A stretch of DNA of 64,000 nucleotides. Source: Neoconidiobolus thromboides FSU 785. Its lineage: Eukaryota; Fungi; Entomophthoromycota. Position numbers and translations under genes: made by a program. This document shows, piece after piece, positions 1 through 13,209 of this stretch (its first letter is position 1; each line of letters starts with the position of its first letter). The notes under the pieces are model-generated. The model made no database searches. It saw only the letters and a program-made list of their open reading frames with translations, and was not told where the DNA came from. The stretch lies in contig MU626278.1 in NCBI GenBank assembly GCA_025603075.1, forward strand, positions 114,181 to 178,180. Reading direction: 5' to 3'.

Positions 1-91
1 AATATATTAACTAATACTTAAAATTAATGAATTAATAACTCCATTTTCTATTTTCAATAACTTAATCTCATTAATAAATACCATAAAAAAA

Positions 92-2050
92 ATGCAACTA
101 CTATCCATCTATCTAATAATATTAACTTATGTTACATTGCTGTATCAATCGGCCATCACATTAAACAGTAAGCGAGTGGATGCCTGTAGTAATAATGAAG
201 TGAATGTGGTTGATTTATATTCCATGAAAGTAACTATAGACACAGCTGAAAAAAGTATAAGCTTTGCTGTTTCTGGTAAAGCAAATCAAGTAGTTGAATC
301 GGGTAAAGTAAAACTAAGTTTTTCTTTATTTGATAAAGATTTATTCAATATGGATTTGGATGTTTGTAAGTTAGCGGCGGATAAAGGTGGTTGTCCATTG
401 AAACAAGCGCCTTTTTCAAATTCAGTAACTACTCCAATACCTGGCGAGATCCCGGATGTAGCTGATATATTAGCTCGTGTACCTGGTGTGGATTTAAATG
501 TAGCTGTAAGGTTAGAAAATGCTGATGGTAATCCATTAGGTTGTTATGCCGTTGGCTTAGCTAATGATGTCTCAGTTTATACACGTGGTACTGAAGCAGG
601 TACAGTAGTAGTAGCTTCAGCAGCTGCAGGTGGGGCATTTTTAGCTTCTTTAGGTAGTTTTATTGGTACTGCTGGAGGTGCAGCTGCTGGGTCAGCTTTA
701 TCTCAAGCTCGACCAACAACAACAACACCTAACTTTGGGGATGTTATTGGTACATTTCAATTTTTAGCTACCACTGGTATGTTATCTTTAAATTATCCAA
801 GAGTCTATCATGAGTTTACTTGTAATTTTGGTTGGTCGATGGGTGCTATTCGATTAGGACCTATTGAAAAAGCATTAGAAAGCTTTCGTGGAAATGATAA
901 TGTATCAAGAGAAAGTGGTAAACTGTTAAGAAGATTAGATTTATTACCTAATGCTAATGCTACTAATTATTCCCAATTATCTGGTATTGAAAATTATGCA
1001 GCTAAATTGAAAATTGATCCTAAAAATTATTTTATGACTGTATTGATTATTTATATGATTGTTATGGCTGCACTTACTGGTGCTTGTTTATTATTTCGAT
1101 TGATATTAGAAATTTTATCCAAATATAAGCCCAAATTGTTTACCAATTTACGTAATCACTTTGCTTTATATTATGTGGGCAATTTATTAAGAGTATTTGT
1201 ATTATGTTATTTCTTTTTAGCAACTGCAGCTATATATCAATTTACACAAAATGATATTTGGCCCATTACTTTATTAGCTGCAATTGTACTTGGTTTATTT
1301 TGTATAGCTTTAATTAGTTTTGTTACTTTTAGAGTCATTCGAAATGGTGCTGACAAATTATATTCTTTCCCCAATTTACAATACAAATATGGTTCATTAT
1401 ATATTGACTATAGACCTTCCGTTTATACTTTCTTTATCGTTGTCTTAGTTGCTGCTGTTATACGTGCTATTGCTGTTGGTTTATTATCGAAAAATGTATG
1501 GGCTCAAATGAGTATTTTGATTGTTACAGAAATTATGTTCTTTTTTGCTTTATTTTTCTTTCGACCTTATGCTAGTAAGGCAAGTAATGGGTTGATGATC
1601 TTTGTATCAGTAATGAGGGTGATTAATACTGGATTATTATTTGCTTTTATTGAATCTGTGTTTATATCAGAATTAGCCAGAGCCATTATTGGCTATGCCT
1701 TAGTGATTACTCAAGCGCTTATAATAGCAGCAATAGTTATCTTTACACTATGGTCTTTATTTATTACCATTCGTAAATTTGTTCAACAACATAAACAAAG
1801 TAAACAAGAATTAAGTCGATCAGATTCCAACCGTTCAAGTCATCCACTTAACAGAGATAGTAATATATCTAGATCACAAAGCTTTTTAGAAGAAATTGAA
1901 GATTCTAAACCACCTTCAATTTTCCGTTCTCGTTCTAAAGCTTTTGAAGATCATGAAAAAGGGCTTTATACTCCGCCTACTGAAAATGAAAGCCATGATT
2001 TAGATCATTTAGTTACTACTCCGGATCAAACAAAAGCTAAAGTTTATTAA
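92..2050 (+). CDS. FLC/Pkd2-family TRP-like membrane protein (flavin carrier family): signal peptide, N-terminal ML-like lipid-binding domain, multi-TM TRP domain
   Basis: Intronless 652-aa ORF. Signal peptide, then an ML-like domain (DVCKL...GCPLKQAPF...LGCY). Family motifs FQFLATTGMLSLNYPRVYHEFTCNFGWSMG, SGIENYA and LQYKYGSLYIDYR. About 8 TM segments. Confidence 0.85.
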   Translation: MQLLSIYLIILTYVTLLYQSAITLNSKRVDACSNNEVNVVDLYSMKVTIDTAEKSISFAVSGKANQVVESGKVKLSFSLFDKDLFNMDLDVCKLAADKGGCPLKQAPFSNSVTTPIPGEIPDVADILARVPGVDLNVAVRLENADGNPLGCYAVGLANDVSVYTRGTEAGTVVVASAAAGGAFLASLGSFIGTAGGAAAGSALSQARPTTTTPNFGDVIGTFQFLATTGMLSLNYPRVYHEFTCNFGWSMGAIRLGPIEKALESFRGNDNVSRESGKLLRRLDLLPNANATNYSQLSGIENYAAKLKIDPKNYFMTVLIIYMIVMAALTGACLLFRLILEILSKYKPKLFTNLRNHFALYYVGNLLRVFVLCYFFLATAAIYQFTQNDIWPITLLAAIVLGLFCIALISFVTFRVIRNGADKLYSFPNLQYKYGSLYIDYRPSVYTFFIVVLVAAVIRAIAVGLLSKNVWAQMSILIVTEIMFFFALFFFRPYASKASNGLMIFVSVMRVINTGLLFAFIESVFISELARAIIGYALVITQALIIAAIVIFTLWSLFITIRKFVQQHKQSKQELSRSDSNRSSHPLNRDSNISRSQSFLEEIEDSKPPSIFRSRSKAFEDHEKGLYTPPTENESHDLDHLVTTPDQTKAKVY

Positions 2051-2387
2051 ATTAAAAAATAACAACTCTTTTGGATTTGGTTCATCTCTTAATAAACTTG
2101 ATGTTATTTTTATAATTTCTATAGTTTTTATAATTTTTATTATTACTAATTTCGAGAACTTTTATTAATTTTTTAACAATTTTAGCTCTTGCTTATAAAT
2201 CTATAATAATACAATGACACTAATTTTTAATTACCCACATTCCACCAATAAAGTTTTATTTTCGGTAAAACACCTCAGCTATGAATAAAAGCTAAAAAGA
2301 TGAATATAAAAAGCTAATAAACTTTTAATTTAATTTTTTTAATTACAATAAAAAAACATAATTAACATAATATAATATAAATATAAA

Positions 2388-3218
2388 ATGAGTGTTTCAA
2401 GTGATCCAACAATTAATCGTAAACCGCAAGAAGATAACTTAGTTATATCTCCTCCATTTCCAAAGTTATTAAAAAATACCGTAGTTAAAGGCTTTGGTAG
2501 AGGTAGTAAAGAATTAGGGATACCTACTGGTAAGTTATTTATTATATATTATTATTAAAACTAAATATGATAATAAAATCCTTTCAAGTATAGAATCAAT
2601 CTAATTAATTAAATCAATAAAACTAATTATTTTTCTCTTTCTTTTTATTAGCAAATTATCCCCAAGATTATGTAGATAGTGCCTCCCTTGATGAATTGAG
2701 TCCTGGTATTTATTATGGGTATTCAAAAGTGTATTCCAATCAAGATGATAATGAAAAACAAACTGGGGAAGATGAGATATTACCTATGGTAATGTCTTTA
2801 GGTTATAATCCATTTTATAAAAATGAAAAACTATCAGCGGTAAGTTTTTTTAAATTGATCTAGTTGCTAGTATGTTAAAATCATAGTATGACTATTTTTA
2901 TTAAATGTTTTCACTTAGTATATTTTTATTTAGCTAATATTTATATTAACATTTCATTTTCAATAGGAAGTTCATGTATTACATTCTTTTGAAAAAGATT
3001 TTTATGGTCAACAAATGACTACATTGGTACTTGGTTATATAAGACCAGAAAGGAGTTATGATGGTTTAGGTAAATTTATTAATAATTATAAAACCTTTTC
3101 TTATTCTTTTCTTTTAGATGCTTTAATCCAAGATATTCAGTTTGATATAACTTTTGCTAAAAAAAGTTTATTATTAGAATCTTATAAAAAAGAGCATTTT
3201 TTAACTTATTTCGAATAA
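2388..3218 (+). CDS. FMN1: Riboflavin kinase (FMN1/RFK), 4 exons
   Basis: Spliced exons 2388-2529, 2652-2839, 2967-3069, 3118-3218 give [61 protein letters not shown] and [10 protein letters not shown]...LIQDIQFDI. All introns are GT-AG. Confidence 0.95.
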
Positions 3219-3385
3219 AAAAGTAAGAAGTAAAAAATTTTAGATGTTTTTCTCTTTTAAATAATGTTTATTTTTTTTACACAGTATCAAGATTCTTATA
3301 CAATAATAAACTAGCCTTTCATTTATACACAATATGACCTAAAAACTTTATCACTTATTCATAATAAATTTTCATCCTTCATCCT

Positions 3386-3840
3386 TCATCCTAAATTACT
3401 CCCAAACCACTTTCTTTTTGCTCCAATTTTTCCCTTGGCTTTTCTTCCCATGCGCAATACTAACCACACCATCATTTTCAATCTCTTGAATATAACTATT
3501 ATAGGCTTTTTCGCTCAAAAAAGCAGCTTTAAATGTTTGTGGCATAGTGGCCGAAAATCCATTTAATACCAGATCATAAACATGGTCAATGGTACCACCA
3601 GAGCAAATGATTTCTTTTTTGGCTGACTCAATGACGGAAGTGGGGGTATTAGATTTGAAGCTAAAGATATAACTACTGTATATTGGTTTTGGATCTATAT
3701 TGGAAGGGTTAATTTACTTAATTAATTCAAAGCATATAAGAATTACCTGATAATGTTAATAATAGTTCATTACAATCATTGTTTTTATTCGCTTTTATCA
3801 AACTGATAAGTAATGGTAATAATAATTGATTTGGTTGCAT
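3386..3840 (-). CDS. Stand-alone peptidase inhibitor I9 protein (Pbi2/POIA1-like) with a putative signal peptide, 2 exons
   Basis: Not in the ORF track. Exon 3747-3840, intron 3695-3746, exon 3386-3694. Translation: MQPNQLLLPLLISLIKA...YIFSFKSNTPTSVIESAKKEIICSGGTIDHVYDLVLNGFSATMP...YIQEIENDGVVSI, matching the I9 pattern YIVxFK..GG.I.H.Y..V..GF.A....IE.D..V. Confidence 0.75.
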
Positions 3841-4273
3841 TCTTTATTGATTTCTTTTATTTTAACTATTAATCTTCTTTAAATACTAACTTTAATCCTA
3901 AACTGAAAAAATAAAATAACTTAAAAAACTTAAAATTTCCAAGCTTTTATTTTATCTTATAAAAAATCATCTGTTTAACTATGCCACTAAAACTTAATGC
4001 TTATCAATTACCATTTTTTCATTGGTTATTTGAAATTTAACTGATATTGAATTTTTTAAACTTAGTTTATAACTATTATTACATCATCCGATTTCAAATT
4101 AATCCCTGTAACACCAAAAAACATCATTTCAATATTTCAACTAACAAAAATAAATTTTCCAATTTAATTATCTTAATTCAAAAACCTTAAATACAATTTA
4201 ATTCCTTGCATACTACCAATAAACTAAAAATATTATCATATCCTTTAGCTTTTATTCATTGGTTCTATATCTT

Positions 4274-7119
4274 TCATAAATCCAAAAAAGTAAACGAAAG
4301 ATTTTCATCTTCACTTTCTTCATGTTCTAATTCTTTAGGAAATGGGGAAACATTAGGTATTAAAGGATGGAATTTTTTAATATCGATAGTATCATCTATA
4401 AATTTTGCTTTTCTTTTTGGATTCTTTCTTTTGCTTTGAATACTACTTGAAGACGAAATCGATGTATTTGTTTCTCGAAAATGATCTTGATTTCTGGCTT
4501 CTTCTTGTTGTTTATTGTTGATTTCAATTTCTTCCAAATCACTACTAAAATCACTATCTAATGTTAATCTCTTTCTCGATTCTTGTGCTTTTGATTGTTG
4601 AATTTGTAACATTAATTCTTCCATTTCATTTTCAAATTGAATTTCATCAACATTATTAAATTCTACTTGTTTTTTGTTGGCATTAACTTGTTTCTTTCTT
4701 TTTAATATTATCTCTCCTTCTTCTTCTTTAGTTTCTACACTTTCATGTAATCTTTTATTATCTTGATTAAAACTTAATCTATTTTTAATAATAGCGTTAT
4801 TATTATTATTCAGTATTTCATTATCAATATTATTGCTTAATTGGTTTTCAATAACTGGACTCTCGTTTTCTCTTTCTATAAGTTCTCGTTGAGCATCAGA
4901 ACTTAACTGATTGTCAATAGCGGTATTATTCATTCTCTTTTTCTCACTAATTTCTTGTGGATTAATTAAAGTTTCCATTTCATTATCAAATATATCATCT
5001 ATTACATTTTCTCTTTCTCTATCTTTACTAACTAAATCTAAAAGTTGTTGATGTTGAGGAATAATAGATTTCTTAGTAATAATTATTGGAGTATCTGGAT
5101 ATAATCCTAACTTTAAATGGTGAGTTAAATTATTCATTAAATTCTTTAATCTTTTTTGTTTAACTTTCATAATGTCTAATTCTAACTCATTATACATAGC
5201 AGGCTCTAATATTTGTTTTAAATTATTCATTGGTACTTTAAATGATAATATCATTTTAATTAATGTTAGTTTTAACTTAGATTGTAAGGGGGAATAATTA
5301 GATTGTAAATAAGATTGAAATTGAATTAATAAAGGAATGATATTTTCTATTATATTTTTAATATTAATTTGGTTAATTAATTTGATATTTTCTTTTTCTT
5401 TTTCTTCATCTCCATCTAAATCATTATTAAAATTGTCTTGTTGATTATTACTAATAGTAAAATGAACTATAATTTCATTGGAACTTAATATATGTAAAGC
5501 ATCTTCAATAATACGATTTAATTTATTATCCTTTAAATCTAATTCCGATTGCATTATTGGTAAAAATAATTTATTACAAATCAAATTACTTACAATAAAT
5601 TTTTCTCCTTCTTTAAAATATTGAAGTACAAAACAATAACATTTATGTCTTAATCTTCTATGAACTGGATTTTCATTATCATTTAGTACAAATAATTGAT
5701 TTTCTAAATTACTCAATGTAGATTCAAATTTCCCATTTAAAAACATAATTAAATCTAATAAATGATTTAAAAACAAATTAGGATCCTTAATTAATAATAC
5801 TTGTTCAAATCCGAATTCATAAACTTCTTTAATTTCTTTTTCTTTTTCCATTATATAACTAACTATCATTTTAAATAATAAATATTTTTTAAATTTTAAA
5901 TAATCCATTCTTAATAATCTAATTAAACAAATTAATGTATGTTTCCTTACATTCAAATCAAAATGTCTTAAATTATTCACCATGATAGGTATATATGGAT
6001 CTATGATTCTTGAATATCTTAAACATAAATCAGATAATATAACTACAATACTACAACTTAAAGAGACATTATTATTATTAGCCTGTACTCTATAAACTCC
6101 TTGATTATCTAATTGAACCCAACTATCTTCAATTGTCATTTCTTTAGCTAATATTGGTGCTAAATGAGCTGTGTATTCTTCTTCAATTAAAGCCAATTTA
6201 CCCAATGAAATGAATATATTATTTCTTACTTGTTCACTTAATAAATATTGTTTAGGCTCAATTACTTTTAATGTTCCTACTAAGATTAATAGACAATCAA
6301 ATATCTCATCTAATTGATTATTATTAGGATAAATCATTAATATTTGTCCAATTAATTCAATCTTATAATTAATTTCACCTTCATTGGTTGATTCCTGTTG
6401 TTGTTGTTGTTGTTGATTATTACTAATAAATTGATAAAAGGTATTGACACATTGTTGAATTATTGTATTGAGGTATTTAAAATAATCCGTATCTTCACTC
6501 AACCAATCATATTGAATTAATTTCCATTTATCTAATAGTTGTAAACTAATTGGAACCCAATTTAACGGTAATTGAAATTTCAATAAATTCTTTGTTAAAT
6601 AAATTAAAATCTCATTATTATTAGGTTGATGAATCCAATTATAAATTAAAATTAATATTTGATTTCCTATTATTAATTGTTCTTCTTCATTAATATTCAA
6701 TTTAATTAATTCATTGAATAAAGAATTGTAATATACATCTATTAAATCTTCATTTAATTTCCAATATAAAGAATATAATTTCATAAACTGTCCATAACCT
6801 AAATCTATTATTAATCGATCATTATACTTTTCTAATATTGAAAAAAAAGCTTCATTAAATATTGAGTTTGTTTGATCTGGTTTAGCTACTTTACTGTTAT
6901 TACAATCATTAATAAATTTAGCTAATCCTTTAAAACTCAACCCTTCGAATTCTTTTTTAAATAAATTCAAATATAATAAAACATCCATATAATTGACTAA
7001 TAATTTCTGTGATAAATTTAATACTTCAATACTAATACTTTTATCTGTATCAAATATTCCAATTAGTACCTTCTCTTTCCATAATTGAAATAATATCTTA
7101 ATAAATTCCATTTCATTTA

Positions 7120-7153
<34 letters not shown>

Positions 7154-9196
7154 TTCATTAATTTGCTTAAAATTAATTAATTTTTGTATTAATAAATCCA
7201 CTACAATATAAATACATTGTTTTCGAATACGAAAATTATTGTCTTTACATCTTATTTCAATAATATTTAAAAATTCTAATTTATATTCTCTAATTAATTG
7301 AGTATCTAATCCAAATTCTTTTGTTAGTTCTAAATTAAACAATTGATTTAAATCTAATAAATTATTAATTGCCTGTTTACGAACTAAATAAGGTTCCCGT
7401 TGAGTTAATGTTTGTAATGAATTAAATTGATTTTCAATAATAACAAATTGTAATACTTTTTTAATGACCATTGTTAATAATGAATTCTCTTCATTTTCAT
7501 TCTTTTTTTTTAATTGATTTTTTAATATACTTAAAAACTTGTTAAAATTAGTTAATGCTTTGACTTGAACTTGAATTGAAGCATCTGAAAATCTTAAAGC
7601 AATAGATTCAAGTAAATTGATAATTAAATCAACTTTAGTAATTAAATTATAATTTAAAAGCTTACTAAATTCATCTTGTAATTTACTATCAAAAATAATT
7701 TGTAGCCAATTAAAATAAATTTCCAAAGTTAAACTACGTACTTTAGGTTGACTCGCTCTTAAACTATCTTTAAATAAATTTTCAATTATATATTGACTTA
7801 ATTTAGGTTCCATGGAATTTAATATTAATGCTATATTCTATAATATTAATTCTATTAATAAAAAAATAATTAATTAATATTTTTTATACCTTAGCCAACC
7901 CATGTTTAACATCCGCTAAGTCCATAAACTCGGTAATTATATGTTTTAAGAACAATTTTAAATCGGAGAAAGATAATCGATGATAATTAATAATTTCTTG
8001 CATAAATTTAGTGGCTCTATAACTTCTAATTTTAAATTGAGCTTTGGAATTTAATTCATTGGGATTGAATAATGTTGTTAAATTAAAATGAATCCATTTC
8101 ATACATATCATGAAATTATCTATAAAGAGCCATTCTTCATTTTTTAATATTTTTAATTGTAATTCATAACTAAATTCTACTATTGGAACTTCAGGTTCTA
8201 TACTATTAAAGTTAAACATTTAAATAAATTGAATGTTATTAATTTCAAAAAATTCTTACTTTGGTACTTCCAAACTACAATAACATCCTAATAACTCCAA
8301 ATATTCATTAATAAGCTTATTTAGTGGCTTTATTTTTTCGATTGTATAATAGCATAATAAACTTAAATTTAAAATATATTGTATTAAATTTGGAATTTCT
8401 TCTTTTGGAATATCATTATCAATAAATTCCTCATTATTTTCAATATCTTCAGTTTTCAATGTAGTCAATGGACTGATAGTAAATTGTTTATTACAATTAA
8501 TAATTTTTTCATATAACTGTTTTAATAATTTAATAATATATATAAATTTTTCTGGATTAATGATTCGATTTTCTATTGCATCTATATTTCAATTAAAAAA
8601 ATAAAATTTAAAACTTTAGAATAATAAATGAACTTACCAGGCAACAAACTGGCAAATGAATAAGCTTCTATAACTAACAAACATTTTTTAATATTTTCAA
8701 AACTCAATTTTGTACAATGGTGATAACCAATAAATAATAACTTCCATAACCTTTTATAAACCTTAAAGATATTGATAACTTCATCTCCTTGTTTTATATT
8801 GACTTTAAATATGCTTAAATTTTTATGAAGGTTAGTATTGATTAAATTATAATAACAAATGGTTGAAGTTATCTTATCTAAAAATGAACTATTTATTAAA
8901 TCCATTTCTTCAATATCAATACCTCCATATTCACTAAAACTTAAACTTTGCGATTGATCTTGCGATTGATTTTGACTATTTCCATTGCTCATCAAAGTTG
9001 AATTGGTTCTAGAAACATTTGAAATAATCTCCTCTTGTGTGGAAAAAAAATAGTTTTCAAGTTCTAATAAATTAACAAATGCTTCTTTGACTGCTAAGCC
9101 TTCTTGGTAATTATATGTCGTCTCAAAATCAATTGAGAACAAATTTAAATCTTCTCGATTTTTATAAAGTGGTTGAAGTGGAATCGGTATCCTCAT
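4274..9196 (-). CDS. NCAPD3: Condensin II non-SMC HEAT subunit CAP-D3 (Cnd1-domain protein), 4 exons
   Basis: ORFs 8582-9208, 8256-8468, 7884-8219 and 4274-7813 join through three GT-AG introns; ATG at 9196. The Cnd1 region (VRNNIFISLGKLAL; IVVILSDLCLRYSRIIDPYIP..LRHFDLNVRKHTLICLIRLLRMDYLKFK) resembles CAP-D3 (LCIRYT..VD.Y.P....D....RKQTL..L..LL.E...K.K) more than CAP-D2/Ycs4. Confidence 0.75.
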
Positions 9197-9923
9197 AGGC
9201 TGGATCAAAAGTAGTAGTGATATTTAAATTAAAAGTTAAAAATTTGAAATTTGAAATTCAATGAATGGTGATTTATGAAGTTGAATTCCAAGTTGATTGG
9301 CTTAAATTAAAATTTAAACTATTTTTAAAAATTTTAGTCACTTTTTAACTGAGAATTTAAAAATTCTAGTAGTAATTTTTCAACAAATAGACTTATTAAA
9401 TTAGTATATAAATACTCTTATTTCTATTAAAGAATTTTTTAACATTTGAATAATACAAACAAATTGCCATTTAAATAAAAAAATAAATATGTCTAAATAG
9501 CATGTGGCATATTGTTACAAAATTTCTTTTATTATTAAAACTTTGAATATAAAACATAATTATAATTGATTTCTATTTTCTATTACTAGGTTAAAATAGA
9601 ATAATTTATTATGATTTAACAATCAACTTATATAAAACTGTCTCATACTAACAACTAAAAAATAGTTAGGTATAAGGAATTCGAAATATGTTTAAAACAA
9701 TGAAATCAACTAAAAGTTACCAAAGCAAACCATAACAAAAACAAAGTACTATAGAAAACGAATATTACATATTAAACATAAAAGCTTTATTGAAAACGTT
9801 GACAAATAACAAAAAGATAAACTAACCGTTAGTTTAGAAAACATTTAACTTACTTAGCTTGAAATTTAAAATTAATTAGAACTTTACTTGAAGTTAATAA
9901 TATATTTTGATTTCTAATCTAAT

Positions 9924-11162
9924 TTAATCATCGTCATCTCTAACATCATCTAACACGGGTCGTGTTGCTGCTTTATAAATCTTTACAAAATAATTTTTAA
10001 CTAAAATTTAATATATTAAAATAATATTTACCATATAAATCCAAATATAATTAAATACAGCCAAAATGCTTAAACAAGCGAGACATTCATAGGTAGTAGC
10101 AGGACGAGTGCCATCTGGGTAATAACAATGTTCACTAAAAAAATTAATTTAAAAACCTATTCATAATTAAAATAAAAAATAAACTACATGATTCCACCAA
10201 TGACATAAACTGGGAATATAACACCTCGAAGTATAACAAAGGTTAAAGCAAAGATTGCAAAACAAACATCCCTTATCTATATATAAAAATAAAAGGCGAA
10301 TCAATGGATTGATATTAGAGAACAAATTAAAGTTACTTTCTGCTTATTTAAGTAATTCATAAGCTTAGCTAACTCCATCCAAGGATCACAAATGTCATGT
10401 GTAAGCATGACTACTTCCCCAATACGAGTGAGATTAAAAAAATAGGAGCATGAAATTAGAGTCAACGTAATTAAATGATGGGATAACATCATCAAATAAT
10501 CTTTTTGTTTTTTCTCTGAGTTGATAGATAGTAATTGAAATAGATAAACACCAGCATCAATTAAATAATGGTATCTATTGATGTTACTATTTTCAAAAAA
10601 ATAAAGTTATTTAACTAATTAAGATAATACTTATAAAATTACCTTAACTTAACGTTTGGGTATTCTTTAAACCATAAACTGGAATCAAAAAACCAGTCAC
10701 TATATAAGGCTGAAAGAACCCCTGGAATACAAATAATTACTTTTTAAAAATTCATTAATTCACGTTAAAGAATGAAGTTAAATAAGTTTACTATACATAT
10801 AAATCCTAAACGCGGTGGACCTAAACTTTAATGATTTCTCTTTTGCTTTTCTAAAGAAAAAAAAGTAATTTTAATAATTAAACAGTCATTGTTTTAAGAC
10901 TTACTCTAAAGTTGTTTTATCTTCCTTTTCATTTTTACCACCACTATCCTTGAGTCCTCGGATAAAATACTCTTGACAAAAGGGCTATAATTTAATATTC
11001 AATCTACAACCTAAAAAGTCTCAAAAAAACAAGACCTACTTCTAAAATCCAATGTTCCAAAACCACTTTACTACAAAGTAGGAATAAAGCAACCAAACTT
11101 ACAGCAATTATGTCCCACTTCAAACTTAACTCTGGATGCACTTGATACACTATAAATTCCAT
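9924..11162 (-). CDS. TLC-domain ceramide synthase (Lag1/Lac1 family), multi-exon
   Basis: ATG at 11162 (MEFIVYQVHPELSLKW), several short introns. Lag1 motif KDYLMMLSHHLITLTLISCSY...RIGEVVMLTHDICDPWMELAK. Acidic C-terminus DDVRDDDD* with stop at 9924. Confidence 0.9.
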
Positions 11163-11509
11163 TTCCTTTTTTTTAAAAAAAATTGTTTCTCCACTCTTTT
11201 TGAACTTTGCTATTTAATTAGCCCAATAAACCAATCAGATCTCGATCTCAACTATGCTATTCGCTTTTTATTCCTGATCATTTGAAATACTAGTTTTTTA
11301 GTAAAGAACTTTTGGGGTTTTATTTATAATCAGAACCTTTGGTGAAAAAATAGAAAGTTTATTACGAAAGGTTAAAAGAGTTTGATATTTTTAGGGTTAG
11401 CTTTTATGTAAATCTCATATTAAAAAGATTATCATAGAATTCATGTTCGAAGCTCGAGTTAATTAAAGTACAAGATAGTAAAGTAATAAAAAAAAACAAG
11501 TTTTGAAAT

Positions 11510-11800
11510 ATGGAACACAATTTTTGATTTCTCAGAATCCTTTTATGGACAAGTAGTAGATTTATTAGGTTGATTATGAAACAAATTTACAATCTAAAAT
11601 TTTATAAAGGGTTCAATTCAAGAACCGATTCCACCAACAAGTAAAATTGATTTTATAACTAATTTTAATCTAAAGACAGCATAATAAGAAATTTCAATCT
11701 TTGTAACATAATAAAGTGAATTATATCTTTTATTGGCATGCTTTATTATTTGGAAAAAAAATTCGAAAGATTGTAAGATTAAAGCTAAATGATTGCGCAG
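11510..11800 (+). pseudogene. Possible decayed Ty3/Gypsy reverse-transcriptase C-terminal fragment
   Basis: A stop- and frameshift-riddled translation (FYGQVVDLLG*L...EPIPPTSKIDFITNF...; IISFIGMLYYL) resembles the LTR-RT pattern FGQ..V.FLG....P.P.KI..I.NF...IRSFLGML.Y. Confidence 0.3.
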
Positions 11801-12807
11801 CTCCATTTTATTGTTGAAATTCTAAATGGTGCGATTATTTTATTGCTACCTGTTTCTTTTATTTCAAAGTCTACTTATTAATTTGTTGAAGATTAAGTAA
11901 ACAAAAGATGGAAAAGTAGAAGAAGATAGATGAATCAACTATAGCTTTGAATCAGTCAATTTATAACTTCCGATCTATTCAAAAAACTGTGTCAAATAGT
12001 GTGTATTCTCAAGCTGAATTTGAAAATAAATATAAATACAAAAACTACTTGAAATTAAGAACCTGGATAAAGTTAAACATCCAACTTCATTTAGGTTCAA
12101 ATCTCTGAAATCTGTAATCAATAGAATTAGGTATAAATCGACTTATATAGCGTTAATTGTCTTGAGAAATCTTATAACAATGTTTCGATATTATAAATAA
12201 ACACCTTTTATCAAATAATTGCAATAGCTTTAATCTTTGTTTTGTTTATTTAATTATAGATTATTTAAGCTTTATCTAATACTTAAACCTTGTGTTAATA
12301 ATGGACCTTTCTATAGTCATAAATTGTCATTATATATTATCATATTGCTTTAGCTCAATTACAGTAATATCCTCGTAATTTTAATTCACTTGCTACGAAA
12401 GCCACTTATTATAGTGTTTCTTTAAAATGACAGCTGCATAACAATAATATTTGATAAAATTATCTAAAGCTAAAACTAAAACTAATCACTATTTTTGTTT
12501 TATAAGAATCAACGATTTAGATTCCATTCCAAGCTCATATATATTGCTTACTCCCTTAGATACAATAATAGCTATCAGTTGATTGTTTTTATCATTAGAA
12601 CCTCAGTTAAAATCAACAACATTGAACAATTATAACAATTGCTTTAATCAAATATTTGATCCTTTTTTTAACAATTGGACAAGGTATCTGTATTCTAACT
12701 TAAAAGAAAGTTTTTATTTACTGCTTTAAGTTACATTTTTAATGGTACTACAGCTCATATGATCTTTTCTTTAGGATAGCGTTGGATGATTGCTTGAAAG
12801 CAGATTG

Positions 12808-12914
12808 ATATGGGAATGTATTTTTTTGTTTAAGAGTTTTACTAGCAACTATTCTACTCAAATAGCGCTCAAAAAATGGGAAAAATGATGAAACCAAAAA
12901 AAATGCCCCCATAT
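12808..12914 (-). mobile_element. MITE family copy 1 (~105 bp; TIR GGGGATGT...ACATCCCC, ATAT flanks)
   Basis: ATAT-GGGAATGT...ATGCCCCC-ATAT; core is the reverse complement of TTTCATTACTTTTTCCA..TTAAGCGCTATTTGAGTGGAAAA. Confidence 0.9.
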
Positions 12915-13104
12915 CATAAATTTAACAAAATAAGCTGAGATGAGTATACTATTATATTACCAACATCCAATCTAGATATCCTTGGTATACTATTGGTTGT
13001 ATGGAGAATATTGGACTACCTTATACACATACCTTTAATTTATAATATTTTTTAGATAAACCTAACTCTATTTTGACATCTATCATTTCTTATTTCGGGC
13101 TATT

Positions 13105-13209
13105 ATATGGGGATGTTTTTTTTGATTTCATTACTTTTCCATTTTTTAAGCTATATTTAAGTGGAAAGGTTATTAGTAAAATTCTTAAATAAAAAATACA
13201 TCCCCATAT
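13105..13209 (+). mobile_element. MITE family copy 2
   Basis: ATAT-GGGGATGT...ACATCCCC-ATAT with perfect termini. Confidence 0.92.
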
